Positions 38,280 through 47,559 of a stretch of DNA of 64,000 nucleotides are shown piece by piece. The DNA comes from a virus (taxonomy: Duplodnaviria; Caudoviricetes), in the IMG/VR virus record IMGVR_UViG_3300017963_000281, positions 238-64,237 of that record; one strand, 5' to 3'. Numbering within the stretch: position 1 is the stretch's first letter; each line of letters begins with the position of its first letter. Made by a program: the position numbers and the translations under genes. The notes below the pieces were generated by a model. The model made no database searches and had not been told where the DNA came from. It saw only the letters and a list, made by a program, of their open reading frames with translations.

Positions 38280-39489
38280 GGCGACCTCCTCCCTCCAGAT
38301 ACTCGCTGATGTTATCGGGATGGGCTTCGAGCAGCTTGGCTTTTTCCAGGACACCTGGGTCGATGCAATCTCCGATGATCTTGGCGCGTTCAGCGATACG
38401 GTCCCGGAGGCTTTCCATCTGGACCAGCCTGGATGCCCTGACGTTCACCCTGGGCACCCGGATGCGGATAACGTCGCAGCTCTTCGCGCCAGCGGACATA
38501 AAGAAATCTTTTATGGAGTCGGCGTCCAGGGCGTCGGCCTCATCGACAAAAATCTTCGCCTCAAATCTCACCTTGGCTCCATTGACAGTCTCTGCGTCCT
38601 CAGAGTACAGCGCGAGGTCCAATTCCTTCAGGCCGGCGCCGTCCGTCAGGTCCGCCGAGACCCTGACGCGCTTAACGGATGGAGTGGGAATGAATTCCGA
38701 GCTGGTAAAGAACCCGTCGTCGTCCTGGCCGATGATATGCAGGTAAAAACCTTTCTCATCGAGCTCGCCCCAGTTCAGAGATTGAGTGGATCCGGAATAA
38801 AACATAGCCGGCTGAGGATAGACCTCCTGGGCCTTGTGGATATGACCGAGGCATACGAGATCCGGCTGGGCGCACAATATGGAGTCGATGTCGACTTCGA
38901 TGTCGACTCCGGTCAGGATCTGGGTCTCAGAAACCTTGGATCCGCGTACCTGGAAGTGGCCAACCACTATATGTGGAATATGCGAAAACCTGGTCACGGT
39001 GGTCCCGAATCCCATCATCATGCCGGCTACCAGCTTGGCCGCCTGATGGTCGGATCCTTCGACGCCCTGATCGGTCTCGAGATACTGCTTGGTGAAGGCC
39101 GGGATGCAAGTCACCAGGGCAGCGGGCCCAGATTTACCGCGTATTTTCGCCACGGTTTGATCTGGCTGCGTTGCGACGTAAACCGGGTGCTCTCCACTGA
39201 TCTTACTGAATACCTCGGTTGCCGATCCCTCGTGGCTTGGCGTACCGGAGATTATGAAGGTGGGCGCGATATTTGACAGGCGCTCGAACAAATCGAACGC
39301 ATATTTGGCCGACTGGCTGTCCAGTCGAACGTACTGGCTGTCGAAAACATCGCCGGCGCATACAATGATGCCTGGCAGCTCGTCCTTGGCATAATCAGCC
39401 AGGAAGTCCAGGCAGTTAATTTTTTCAGGCAGCTGATCGTCATCCCTCAGATGACAATCGGCGAAGTGCAAAACTCTTAATTTTTCCAT
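38269..39489 (-). CDS. sbcD: SbcD/Mre11-like metallophosphoesterase nuclease
   Basis: ADCH, AGDVFD, GTPSHE, LGHIH, YSGS. Confidence 0.92.
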   Translation of the reverse strand: MEKLRVLHFADCHLRDDDQLPEKINCLDFLADYAKDELPGIIVCAGDVFDSQYVRLDSQSAKYAFDLFERLSNIAPTFIISGTPSHEGSATEVFSKISGEHPVYVATQPDQTVAKIRGKSGPAALVTCIPAFTKQYLETDQGVEGSDHQAAKLVAGMMMGFGTTVTRFSHIPHIVVGHFQVRGSKVSETQILTGVDIEVDIDSILCAQPDLVCLGHIHKAQEVYPQPAMFYSGSTQSLNWGELDEKGFYLHIIGQDDDGFFTSSEFIPTPSVKRVRVSADLTDGAGLKELDLALYSEDAETVNGAKVRFEAKIFVDEADALDADSIKDFFMSAGAKSCDVIRIRVPRVNVRASRLVQMESLRDRIAERAKIIGDCIDPGVLEKAKLLEAHPDNISEYLEGGGRHAK

Positions 39490-39655
39490 AGACTTTGTTC
39501 CTTAATGGTTTTGGTTTAGATTTGATTTTGCCCTGGCAGTTACGACAAAACGGACGCCCGTCGCGCCACGATAAAGAATCGCAGCAGCGAGGGCAGAGCC
39601 TGACGTCGGAGCTCAGGGCGACCTTGCCTGATGGGTGCAGTCGTAGGTCAACCAT
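39440..39655 (-). CDS. Small Zn-ribbon protein
   Basis: CPRC...CRNC; GAGGAGG RBS. Confidence 0.55.
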   Translation of the reverse strand: MVDLRLHPSGKVALSSDVRLCPRCCDSLSWRDGRPFCRNCQGKIKSKPKPLRNKVYGKIKSFALRRLSSEG

Positions 39656-39664
39656 TGAGCCTCC

Positions 39665-40669
39665 TCAGTACGGGACATCGTCGTCTTTCATGGCCTCCAG
39701 ATTGTCGTAAAAACCGAGCAGGTGATCGTCAGCCCATTGATCCATTGGCTTTTTAAGCTGCCTAAGGTCGTAACCTTTCCGGCCGGCCAGAATTTTCAGG
39801 GTCTTGATCTTCCCGGCCAGGTCATCGTCGATGAAATCCTGGCGCAGACTGGCGCCCTCGATGACATCCTCTTCGATCGGCAGATCCGGATCCATGATAT
39901 CATCATCAGGGGCTTCTTCAGGCTCCAGGTGGTCATCGACGGACGGCGATGTCGGTTGTCCAGACGACGACGGACCATAGAGGCCAGTCATCGACTGAAT
40001 ATGAGCTTCGAGGACCGCCTTCTTGACGTCCGGATCATCATAGTCGGGCTGGAATACGATGCGTGGGCATACGAAAGGCTTCGCGAGTTCGCCCTGGGTG
40101 TAGGTGGATTTGATGCCGAGGAGCTTACGAATGACGCGGTTCTTGGCGCCGGTTTCGCATAGCTTGAGTTTGTGTGTGAGTTTTTGGTTCCAGTCGCGGC
40201 TGGTGCAGTAGTCCGCCCAGGCCTGGTCCTTGTTCTTTTGTTTGGCCAGAGCGGCGTATTTTTCCTGGAGCTGGTCCCAGAGGACATCGAAGTCGATGTC
40301 ATAGCTGGCATCCGCCCAGACGACGGCGCCGTCAGGCTTCCGAAGGCCTCCGACAGCCCGGAACGCGCAATAGTTTTTGTCGCGACGGTCATCGATGCGC
40401 CGGCAGCGGTTGAAATCCCAGATGATGCCGGCAGTGGTGGCCAGCTTGGCCAGGCCTTTGCCGGTGATTACCATGCCGCGAGCGTTATTGTCGTTGTAGA
40501 CATCGCCCTGCTTCTCGTCCGGCGACAAGGTGACCTTGTCGACCACCGGCTTGTGGAAAACCGATAGCCCCCCGATGGCGATGTCCGGGATTAACAAGTT
40601 GCAATTTTGCTGACGGTACTGGTCCAGCTCGTAGACCACTCCGTCGTCCTTACGACGATCTTGGTTCAT
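39665..40669 (-). CDS. Putative single-strand annealing recombinase
   Basis: GLAKLA..AGI, ETGAKNRVIR..LGIKSTY; acidic tail; precedes sbcD/sbcC; function inferred from context. Confidence 0.55.
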   Translation of the reverse strand: MNQDRRKDDGVVYELDQYRQQNCNLLIPDIAIGGLSVFHKPVVDKVTLSPDEKQGDVYNDNNARGMVITGKGLAKLATTAGIIWDFNRCRRIDDRRDKNYCAFRAVGGLRKPDGAVVWADASYDIDFDVLWDQLQEKYAALAKQKNKDQAWADYCTSRDWNQKLTHKLKLCETGAKNRVIRKLLGIKSTYTQGELAKPFVCPRIVFQPDYDDPDVKKAVLEAHIQSMTGLYGPSSSGQPTSPSVDDHLEPEEAPDDDIMDPDLPIEEDVIEGASLRQDFIDDDLAGKIKTLKILAGRKGYDLRQLKKPMDQWADDHLLGFYDNLEAMKDDDVPY

Positions 40670-40812
40670 AGCGACTCCTTTGGTTGACAAAATTAACGAA
40701 ATTGGTTATTGCCTGTAGCTTCCGACCCATCGCTATCAGCTGTCGGTCGGCCGCTGTTAAATCCGCCCTGGCGATTCGCCGATGAAGGAGCGCACAAGTG
40801 CAGATTTAACCA

Positions 40813-40842
40813 AAAATAGCTTAAAGGGGCGCCACTTGTCAA
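40813..40842 (-). promoter_or_regulatory. Leftward promoter of the recombination operon
   Basis: TTGACA-18 nt-TATTTT in the divergent intergenic region. Confidence 0.55.
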
Positions 40843-40959
40843 GCAAAAATTGCAAGTTTAAGTGATTATTCTGGGCAAATGTCTAAGTCATTTTTTTTGC
40901 CTTGCGACAACAATCTTCTGTTGACATCTAAGTGTTATTTGTGCAAAAATTGCCTCATT

Positions 40960-41175
40960 ATGAGTAAAAGCCAACAAATACTAAAAGACTATCGTAAGTC
41001 GAGTGGCATGTCACGCAAACAGCTTGCCGAACACCTCTCACGACATGGCCAGAAAATCACGCCCCAACAGGTCGCCAACTGGGAATTAAGCCGCACGCGG
41101 GTACCAGGTGATGTGATCTTGGAAATTATCAAGGCGCCTCGATCCAAGTTCAATTCAAAACGAGCAAATTCCTAA
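40960..41175 (+). CDS. Cro/XRE-family HTH regulator
   Basis: LKDYRKSSGMSRKQLAEHL...TPQQVANWE...P; first gene of the rightward arm. Confidence 0.85.
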   Translation: MSKSQQILKDYRKSSGMSRKQLAEHLSRHGQKITPQQVANWELSRTRVPGDVILEIIKAPRSKFNSKRANS

Positions 41176-41195
41176 AGAGCCCTTTTTTTGTTAGT

Positions 41196-41723
41196 GTGGA
41201 GTGGAGCGATTATATGGTAAGCCCTTGCAGAACGAACAGGTGCGGTCTGCGTGACCATGACAAAAACAACTATACATGCCTAAACTGTCGAGCCAGGGCG
41301 GCGATAGCCCTCGACGAGGAGTGGACGGAGGCCGACATCCCATCAGAGCTGATCCCAGAGCCACCACCAACCAGCCCATACCGCAAGAAGAAGAAAAGGG
41401 TTATCAAGAGCAAGTCCACTTGCAAGGCAGAGGGCTGCAGCCGGCCGGCCGGAATAAAAGGTCTCTGCAGAGCCTGCTACCAGCGTAATCGGTACTGGAG
41501 CAAAAAGGGTCAAAAATCTCCAAGCCGCCCAAAAATTAAGCCCGCCAGCAAAAAGCCCATCAGAAATCAACCAGCACTCAAAGTAAACCTAATCAACAAT
41601 CCGTATTTGTCGGAGGCCGATATATTGAGGGCCGTTTTCGCTATTATGAGAATCGCCAGTCACAAAATCGACAGGCTGGCCGACATCATTACAGAAGAGG
41701 CCATGAAAAGGAGTGGGAACTAA
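41196..41723 (+). CDS. Cys-rich, basic nucleic-acid-binding protein
   Basis: CLNC; CKAEGCSRP...GLCRACYQR. Confidence 0.65.
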   Translation: MEWSDYMVSPCRTNRCGLRDHDKNNYTCLNCRARAAIALDEEWTEADIPSELIPEPPPTSPYRKKKKRVIKSKSTCKAEGCSRPAGIKGLCRACYQRNRYWSKKGQKSPSRPKIKPASKKPIRNQPALKVNLINNPYLSEADILRAVFAIMRIASHKIDRLADIITEEAMKRSGN

Positions 41724-42658
41724 TGCGTAATTTCGGCGTCATACACGCAAGATATTGGACATGGGCCCTGGAGCACGAGCTGTCAGACGATGCCAAGATA
41801 ATCGGAGCCTATTATCTTTCATGCGAACATAGCAACTCGGCAGGCTGCTATCGGATCCCAATGGAGTACGTTGCTGCAGACTTAGGATACCCTATCGATA
41901 GGGTATCGAAAGGGTATTTTGAACTCGAATCGCTTGGCTTCATAGCCTATTGTGAGAGGTCTAAATGGGCATTAATCCCCAAATATCTAAAGTGGAACCC
42001 GCTGCAGAACGCTAAGCACGCCATCGGCACAAAACGGCTACTCTCCCAGATACCATCATCGTTCACGCTTTTCGATAAGTTAGAGAGATCATTGAGAAAA
42101 TTTGGTGGACGTTATTTTACCGAAGAGATGGTCGACAGTCTTATCGATACCCTATGTGATAGGGTATCCGATAGCGTATCGAAAGAGTATCGATACACAG
42201 ACCAAGACCAAGACCAAGATAAAGACCAAGATAATACCCCCCCAAACCCCCCCAAGGGGGGAGGGTCAGATCCCCCCGATCCTCCCCCCGACCCTCCTAA
42301 GCCGTTTAAGGTCCCAACTGGAGAAGAGTTGTCTGTCTCCAACCCATGGGTAAACCAAACCGCCTGGGATGAATTTGTCAACCATCGGGTCAGTATCAGG
42401 CAGAAGCTGAGTGAGGACGCTGTCAAAAAGAACCTCGGCATACTCAAGCAATATGACGCTAACACCCAGCAAGAGATTGTCGACGAAACAATCCGGAACA
42501 ACTGGCGAGGGTTGTTTCATCCCAAAAATAACGGCCGGCGGCCAAAGGGCCAAGACTTGCAGCAGAGGATCGTGGCCAAATACGAGAGGAAATATGGCAG
42601 AGATGGACAGGGAGAAACAAATCGACAAAATGCTGCTCATGATGGAACTTTATTTTGA
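41723..42658 (+). CDS. Phage replication initiator (lambda O-like)
   Basis: wHTH-like N-terminus, DQDQD linker, PPNPP, WDEFVNHR...NNWRGLF C-domain; internal iterons. Confidence 0.85.
   Translation: MRNFGVIHARYWTWALEHELSDDAKIIGAYYLSCEHSNSAGCYRIPMEYVAADLGYPIDRVSKGYFELESLGFIAYCERSKWALIPKYLKWNPLQNAKHAIGTKRLLSQIPSSFTLFDKLERSLRKFGGRYFTEEMVDSLIDTLCDRVSDSVSKEYRYTDQDQDQDKDQDNTPPNPPKGGGSDPPDPPPDPPKPFKVPTGEELSVSNPWVNQTAWDEFVNHRVSIRQKLSEDAVKKNLGILKQYDANTQQEIVDETIRNNWRGLFHPKNNGRRPKGQDLQQRIVAKYERKYGRDGQGETNRQNAAHDGTLF
42134..42232. other. Probable replication origin iterons
   Basis: Tandem 11-12 bp GATAGGGTATC-like units; related perfect palindrome GATACCCTATCGATAGGGTATC at 41886-41907. Confidence 0.65.
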
Positions 42659-43121
42659 GCAGGAAAAGGGCGACCAGGTCCTAAAGCTCTATCACAAGCT
42701 ATGGGATGGCGTCCCGGTTGACGACCTGGCAGAGGCCTGCCGGCGATACATGAGCACTGGCAACAAGTGGTTCCCGAGGGCCGGCGAGATCCTGGACCTG
42801 GTCCGGAGCATACACCAGCCGGCGAGCATCGAGTCATCCGCCCAGCATCAGTGGCGCCTTGTCATGACGGCCGTCAGGCAGCGAGGTCTGATGCGGGGGG
42901 CGCCGGTATTCGAGGACCCGATAACCAATACGGTTATCAGGACCCAGTTCACCTGGGAGTATCTATGCAACATGCAGGCGGACAAGTCCAACTGGGAGGA
43001 GAAGCGGTTTGTCGAGGCGTACCAGCTGGCATCCGAGATCGATCCCGACAAGCTGATGATCGAAGCCAGGATGCCTGAAATCAAAAAACTTATTTCTCGT
43101 ATCGGGAAGATTGATGAATAA
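42594..43121 (+). CDS. Helicase loader-like protein (DUF6475-like)
   Basis: WFPRAGEI...W..V...FEDPI...W..LC...KRFVEAY; follows the initiator. Confidence 0.75.
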   Translation: MAEMDREKQIDKMLLMMELYFEQEKGDQVLKLYHKLWDGVPVDDLAEACRRYMSTGNKWFPRAGEILDLVRSIHQPASIESSAQHQWRLVMTAVRQRGLMRGAPVFEDPITNTVIRTQFTWEYLCNMQADKSNWEEKRFVEAYQLASEIDPDKLMIEARMPEIKKLISRIGKIDE

Positions 43122-43133
43122 CAGGAGGCATTT

Positions 43134-43445
43134 ATGTACGACGACGGTAATTTAGAGATGCAGGACCTACGGAACCGCGGCGCGGCATTCGCGGCTACAG
43201 TAATTAACCAGCTAAGCCGCGACCCGACAGAGGAGCCCGAGATCGACTCGGTCACGCATTACCTTTTGACCGAGCGATGGGACTGGCAGAAGCTGCCGGA
43301 CGAGCTGACGCTCAGGAATATCAACGGGTGGGTGCATGAGTTCGCGGCGGCCTATGCTGATCTGCAAAAGGGAAATGAGGACCAGGATGTCATCCTTTTC
43401 CTGCCTAAAAATTTCGACGTCCCGGATCCGGAGGACATGCACTGA
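43134..43445 (+). CDS. Hypothetical protein
   Basis: AGGAGG RBS. Confidence 0.7.
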   Translation: MYDDGNLEMQDLRNRGAAFAATVINQLSRDPTEEPEIDSVTHYLLTERWDWQKLPDELTLRNINGWVHEFAAAYADLQKGNEDQDVILFLPKNFDVPDPEDMH

Positions 43446-43945
43446 TGCGGCGACCTCGGAAACGAAATAAATATGTCGGCGTGGTCGTACCGTCCGAGCA
43501 CCAAGAGCAGGCTGTCCTGTTCGCAGAGCTCGAGCGACGCCTCGTCGACTGTCCAGAGCTTGGGTTGGCCTATGCGATCCCGAACGGGACCAGGGCTACT
43601 ATGCGGACCGCGAAAAAGATGAAAGCGGAAGGTGTCAAGAAGGGCATCCCGGATATTCATCTGCCAGTCGGCCGTGATGGTTATCTTGGTCTATATGTGG
43701 AGCTCAAGGCCAGGCCATATACCAACGAAAAGGGTCGCTTGGTGCGGCAGCGCCCCTCCAGAGAGCAGCTTTCTTGGATGAGGCTGCTTGAGGAGCAAGG
43801 ATACAAGGCTGAGATCTGCGAAGGGTGGGAGCAGGCGCTGGGAGCTATCCTGCGCTACGTCAGGTCAAAGCCGACAAAGGTTTGTTGTACCAGCCGGCGA
43901 CAAAAGGGAGGTGATAGCGATAGTGGTTCTCTAACACATAATTGA
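43445..43945 (+). CDS. VRR-NUC nuclease (resolvase-like)
   Basis: EHQEQ...AIPNG...EGVKKGIPDI...VELK...SREQ..W. Confidence 0.88.
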   Translation: MRRPRKRNKYVGVVVPSEHQEQAVLFAELERRLVDCPELGLAYAIPNGTRATMRTAKKMKAEGVKKGIPDIHLPVGRDGYLGLYVELKARPYTNEKGRLVRQRPSREQLSWMRLLEEQGYKAEICEGWEQALGAILRYVRSKPTKVCCTSRRQKGGDSDSGSLTHN

Positions 43946-44037
43946 CTTGAAACTAATGGCCGGAAGGCCAATTTTGATGATATGGACCTGGCGGGCGTTC
44001 CCTGCCGCCCGCCAGCCAACTTAGGAGGTTTGAAAAA

Positions 44038-44361
44038 ATGGGTAAGGCAAACATACCATGGTGGAAGGTTATGGCAGTCGGCGGCTTCGTTGCCGGGTGG
44101 CTTGCCAGGGCGTTATCGGATGGAAGGGTAACCCGGGAAGAGGTAGAGGAGCTTTTTTTCGGTGTTCTGGATGTCGCTGGCCTAACCGGGGCGATCGACA
44201 TTATCGACGAGGCCGGGAAGTTTGAGGACCAGGGCCTGACACCGGGGCCGGTCCCGATCCCAGGACCGCTTGATCCGCCAGGGCCAAACATAGGAGAATC
44301 GTCGGCTATGCCAGAGCAGTCCGCACATTACAGACACTACAGCAACTCAAAAAACAAATAA
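44038..44361 (+). CDS. Putative membrane-associated protein
   Basis: AGGAGG RBS; hydrophobic N-terminal helix. Confidence 0.6.
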   Translation: MGKANIPWWKVMAVGGFVAGWLARALSDGRVTREEVEELFFGVLDVAGLTGAIDIIDEAGKFEDQGLTPGPVPIPGPLDPPGPNIGESSAMPEQSAHYRHYSNSKNK

Positions 44362-44378
44362 AATAAAGGATTTGTGTC

Positions 44379-44588
44379 ATGACACCAGAGGAAATCGAGA
44401 ACATTTTTACCTATCATCCCCCCCATCAGGGCCAGGTCATCAGCTACACTTCCATCCGGGACTCTGGAAAAGAGCTGGCTATGACCATACTGCGGAACTG
44501 CCCAGTATCGGCCGAGCGAACCCTGGCCATCCGTAAGATCCAGGAGGCGGTTATGTGGGCGAACGCGTCGATAGCAATAAACGAGTAA
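44379..44588 (+). CDS. Acb2/Tad1-like nucleotide-signal sponge (anti-defence)
   Basis: FTYHPP...Y..IR...CP.SAERTLAIRKIQEAVMWANASIA helical-hairpin signature. Confidence 0.78.
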   Translation: MTPEEIENIFTYHPPHQGQVISYTSIRDSGKELAMTILRNCPVSAERTLAIRKIQEAVMWANASIAINE

Positions 44589-44600
44589 GGAGGTGCCACG

Positions 44601-44957
44601 TTGATAGATAAAAGTCTCAGTGATGAGCAGGAAGAAGCCAGGGCGTTAGAAGAGCTGGGGGATAAGATGGCTGCCTGGGAGAAACGTATCGAGGCCCGCC
44701 CGGATCCAGAGCCAGAGAAAGGGCTTCCTACGGAACTACCCCCAAAACCGGAGAAAAAAAAGGCGCTTGTCAGGTGGGCCGAAAAGCTGCATAAAGACCA
44801 GGTCGTTTATCTGTTTTTGGGCTCCGACCCGGATAAGAACTGTCCGGTCCTGTTCGCCCAGCCATATCGTGTATCCGGCAGCCGGGAGAATGGTAAGTTG
44901 ATACTCAAGCCGGCCAAAATCGAGCCCGTTCAGGAGCCCGCAAATCAGCGGAGATAA
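44601..44957 (+). CDS. Hypothetical protein
   Basis: TAAGGAGGT RBS before TTG. Confidence 0.65.
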   Translation: MIDKSLSDEQEEARALEELGDKMAAWEKRIEARPDPEPEKGLPTELPPKPEKKKALVRWAEKLHKDQVVYLFLGSDPDKNCPVLFAQPYRVSGSRENGKLILKPAKIEPVQEPANQRR

Positions 44958-45062
44958 TTTTTTTTGTTGTTTTTAGCCCACAAGTGTTGGTATAGTATGC
45001 TTATCACCTCTTTTCCCCCCGAAAGAGAACACTACAAATGTTTTTTGACAGGGGGCCTTTCA

Positions 45063-45614
45063 ATGTCGGATCCTAAAATTTTTGAGTCAGTCGCTCACAA
45101 CGTCGGGTGGATAGCCGCAATATTCGGACTCGGGATGGGTATATCCGGACTGCTGGTTGCCCTGGGCGTTCTTAAGAACAAGATAGCTACAGCGGCAAGC
45201 AATGCGGAAAGGTTTAAGCGCGAGCTCTATGCGGATGATGGCGTAACCAACTACATGCCGAGGGCTGAGCTGATACCTCGTCTCGAGCGGATTGAGAGCA
45301 GCATCGGCATGCTAAGGACAGAAATCTTAGACGGTTGTCACCTAAACCGCAACGAATGCCGAGATGCTATCGCCCACCAGGTGAACGGATTATGTGAAGC
45401 GATAAAAAGGCTTGACCAGAAATATCACGATCAAAGCCTTGGTATCGTTGCGATGTCGACTCAGCTGAGTCTGTTGTTAAAGAAAGCCGGTGTTGACACG
45501 CCAACCAGCGTCACGGATCTTGAGCGTCGTCTCAGAAGTTCAGCTGGTGAGTGCATGAGGCGCTATGGGGATACAGCTGTCTATGATCTTGATAAGAAAA
45601 ACGAAGGGAGGTGA
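45063..45614 (+). CDS. Single-TM coiled-coil protein (possible lysis accessory)
   Basis: TM segment WIAAIFGLGMGISGLLVALGVL; upstream TGGTATAGT extended -10. Confidence 0.65.
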   Translation: MSDPKIFESVAHNVGWIAAIFGLGMGISGLLVALGVLKNKIATAASNAERFKRELYADDGVTNYMPRAELIPRLERIESSIGMLRTEILDGCHLNRNECRDAIAHQVNGLCEAIKRLDQKYHDQSLGIVAMSTQLSLLLKKAGVDTPTSVTDLERRLRSSAGECMRRYGDTAVYDLDKKNEGR

Positions 45615-45618
45615 TGAG

Positions 45619-45792
45619 GTGCCTAATTTGCGTAGTGTTTTCGATAGTCTAAGGGATGCTGCTGGACGGGTCCAGGATGATATCAAGGGAAAAAAGCGGA
45701 AGAAAAAAAAGAAATCAACCAAGCTCGGCAGCTACAATAAGTACAAGCGACGCGGATACGAAAAAATGCTCGAGGGGGCTGACGATTACTGA
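45619..45792 (+). CDS. Small Lys-rich protein
   Basis: GGAGGT RBS before GTG. Confidence 0.55.
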   Translation: MPNLRSVFDSLRDAAGRVQDDIKGKKRKKKKKSTKLGSYNKYKRRGYEKMLEGADDY

Positions 45793-46007
45793 TGATCGAA
45801 CCGGATCACGGCAAAAACTTGAAGGAATATCTGCTGGTGGCCATCAGCCGCGGCGGCAACATGAAATATTCGCGAGACCCAGATACGCGAATGATGCTGC
45901 TCAAGGCTGTATTTGATTTTAACAACTGCATGGCTGCCATGGGAAAGACGAATTTTATCGACCAGGAAGAGGTCGCCCGGGCTGCCTCAGAAAACAGTGA
46001 ACATTAG
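45792..46007 (+). CDS. Hypothetical protein
   Basis: TGATG coupling to the upstream gene. Confidence 0.6.
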   Translation: MIEPDHGKNLKEYLLVAISRGGNMKYSRDPDTRMMLLKAVFDFNNCMAAMGKTNFIDQEEVARAASENSEH

Positions 46008-46036
46008 CCGTTAACTCAACCAAGGAGGTAAGACTT

Positions 46037-46522
46037 ATGCGTAAGCAGTCGTTTTATTTATCAATCACGTTTCTCTTAATGGCGCTGGCCCTGTTATTAG
46101 CTCCGGTTCTCGTGATGCAGGCCGGCGCCATGGAAATCGTGACGGCCAACCAGATGACGGTTGGATGGGACGCGGTGACGTCGAATGATGATGGCACTAC
46201 CATTGGTCCCGACCAGGTTGTTGAGTACCAGGTCTGGGTCCAAAAATTCCAAGCTGCAGGTGCAACGCCGACTCTGGTGGGCACTACCGATGAGCTGCAA
46301 TACACCATCACGTTTCCAGACGAGGGTGTTTGGCAGATCGGATTCTCAGCTAAAAAATACCAAATCACAACCGACCCGGACGGAGGTCCGGACGTCAAAA
46401 GCTACTCTGGGGAGTCTGTCATAGCCTGGAGCGTTGACGCCACAGTCTGCCTCGACGGGCAAACCTTTGCAGGAGTGTATCTCAAGATCCCTGGAAAAGG
46501 CGGCGGCCTTAATACGCAATGA
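46037..46522 (+). CDS. Secreted fibronectin-type-III-like protein
   Basis: Signal peptide ending A-G-A; TVGWD...YQVW...YTITF..EGVW.IG.SA. Confidence 0.7.
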   Translation: MRKQSFYLSITFLLMALALLLAPVLVMQAGAMEIVTANQMTVGWDAVTSNDDGTTIGPDQVVEYQVWVQKFQAAGATPTLVGTTDELQYTITFPDEGVWQIGFSAKKYQITTDPDGGPDVKSYSGESVIAWSVDATVCLDGQTFAGVYLKIPGKGGGLNTQ

Positions 46523-46663
46523 CGTGGGCACCCTTGGGTGTATCTGACTGACGATAAATCCCCACGGTGAGGGAGAGCTGGTGGGAGCGGGTGAGCTAAG
46601 GGAATGCGAGGCCACAGTAACCGTGTAGCGGATTGCATGCAGTGCAGGCGCCCTAAAAAAAAC

Positions 46664-46686
46664 GGAGCCGGGTAGGGTCCGGCTCC
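46664..46686. terminator. GC-rich hairpin upstream of terS
   Basis: GGAGCCGG/CCGGCTCC stem with an upstream A-run (U-tract on the - strand). Confidence 0.5.
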
Positions 46687-46715
46687 AAAACCTAATAATA
46701 TGGAGCTGTTACACG

Positions 46716-47357
46716 ATGAGTTCAAAAAAGCAGTGCGATAAACTTACCAGGCAACAGCGCGAGTTCTGTCATTTACATTTTGACAACCCAAATCTGTCGG
46801 GTGTTGAGTGCATATATCGTGCGTATCCCGGCCAGTTTAGTACTCCGGCATCAGCTGCAGCGTTCGCCAGCCGGCTGTTAAGATCGGATAAGGTCGTGCG
46901 CTATATGAATGAGCTGAGCAAACGAGTGCAGGCCAGGGTCGGCGCATCGATCGGCCGCGTGCTCAAAGAGGAGGCCAGGCTGGCCTTCTGGGATCCCGAG
47001 GAGATCATAGACCCTGCCACCAGGGAGATGAGGGCCCTGGACAAGATCCCGGAGCATCTTAGGCGGGCGATCGCCAAGCTGAAGATCATCAAGACCCAGA
47101 GCCTCCGGGATCCGGATATGGAGCGGACCGAGTATCGCTACACGTTCGTTGACAAAGGCGCTGCCCTGGGCCGTCTGGAGCGCATCCTGGGCATGTACGA
47201 AAAGGACAATGAGCAGAACAAACCAGCGCCGGCCAATGACAAGTGGGTCCTGGTCCCGACAGATCGCGAGCTAACCCTCAAAGAGTGGAGCGAGCAGGTC
47301 GAGGAGCTCAATAAGCATGAGGCCGCGAAGAAGGCGAAGGAGACCGAAGATGCTTGA
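46716..47357 (+). CDS. terS: Terminase small subunit
   Basis: LTRQQREFC...AY...ASRLL...V...RVLKEEARLAF...DKGAALGRL..ILGMY. Confidence 0.9.
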   Translation: MSSKKQCDKLTRQQREFCHLHFDNPNLSGVECIYRAYPGQFSTPASAAAFASRLLRSDKVVRYMNELSKRVQARVGASIGRVLKEEARLAFWDPEEIIDPATREMRALDKIPEHLRRAIAKLKIIKTQSLRDPDMERTEYRYTFVDKGAALGRLERILGMYEKDNEQNKPAPANDKWVLVPTDRELTLKEWSEQVEELNKHEAAKKAKETEDA

Positions 47358-47559
47358 ATTATTCAGTAAGATCACCGAGAACCCGATGGTCTGGTTCATA
47401 CTAACACTACTAACAATCGCCCTGGGTATCTGGATGTTCGCGTCCGCGGATACGGACAATAAATATATGGCCTCCATGGCGACGCTGTTTGTTTCCCTGG
47501 GAACGGCCGGAATCATGCGCGTCAGGACACCCAGGCAACCGAAAAAGGAGGAGCTTTGA
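47350..47559 (+). CDS. Two-TM small membrane protein (holin candidate)
   Basis: Two hydrophobic helices and a basic C-tail. Confidence 0.55.
   Translation: MLELFSKITENPMVWFILTLLTIALGIWMFASADTDNKYMASMATLFVSLGTAGIMRVRTPRQPKKEEL

Noticed and set aside
38188-39276. 362-aa + strand ORF
   Set aside because: Antisense shadow of sbcD with no recognisable motifs
40720-40811. Known riboswitch or hammerhead ribozyme
   Set aside because: Lacks the conserved cores I could check by eye; kept only as an unassigned structured RNA candidate
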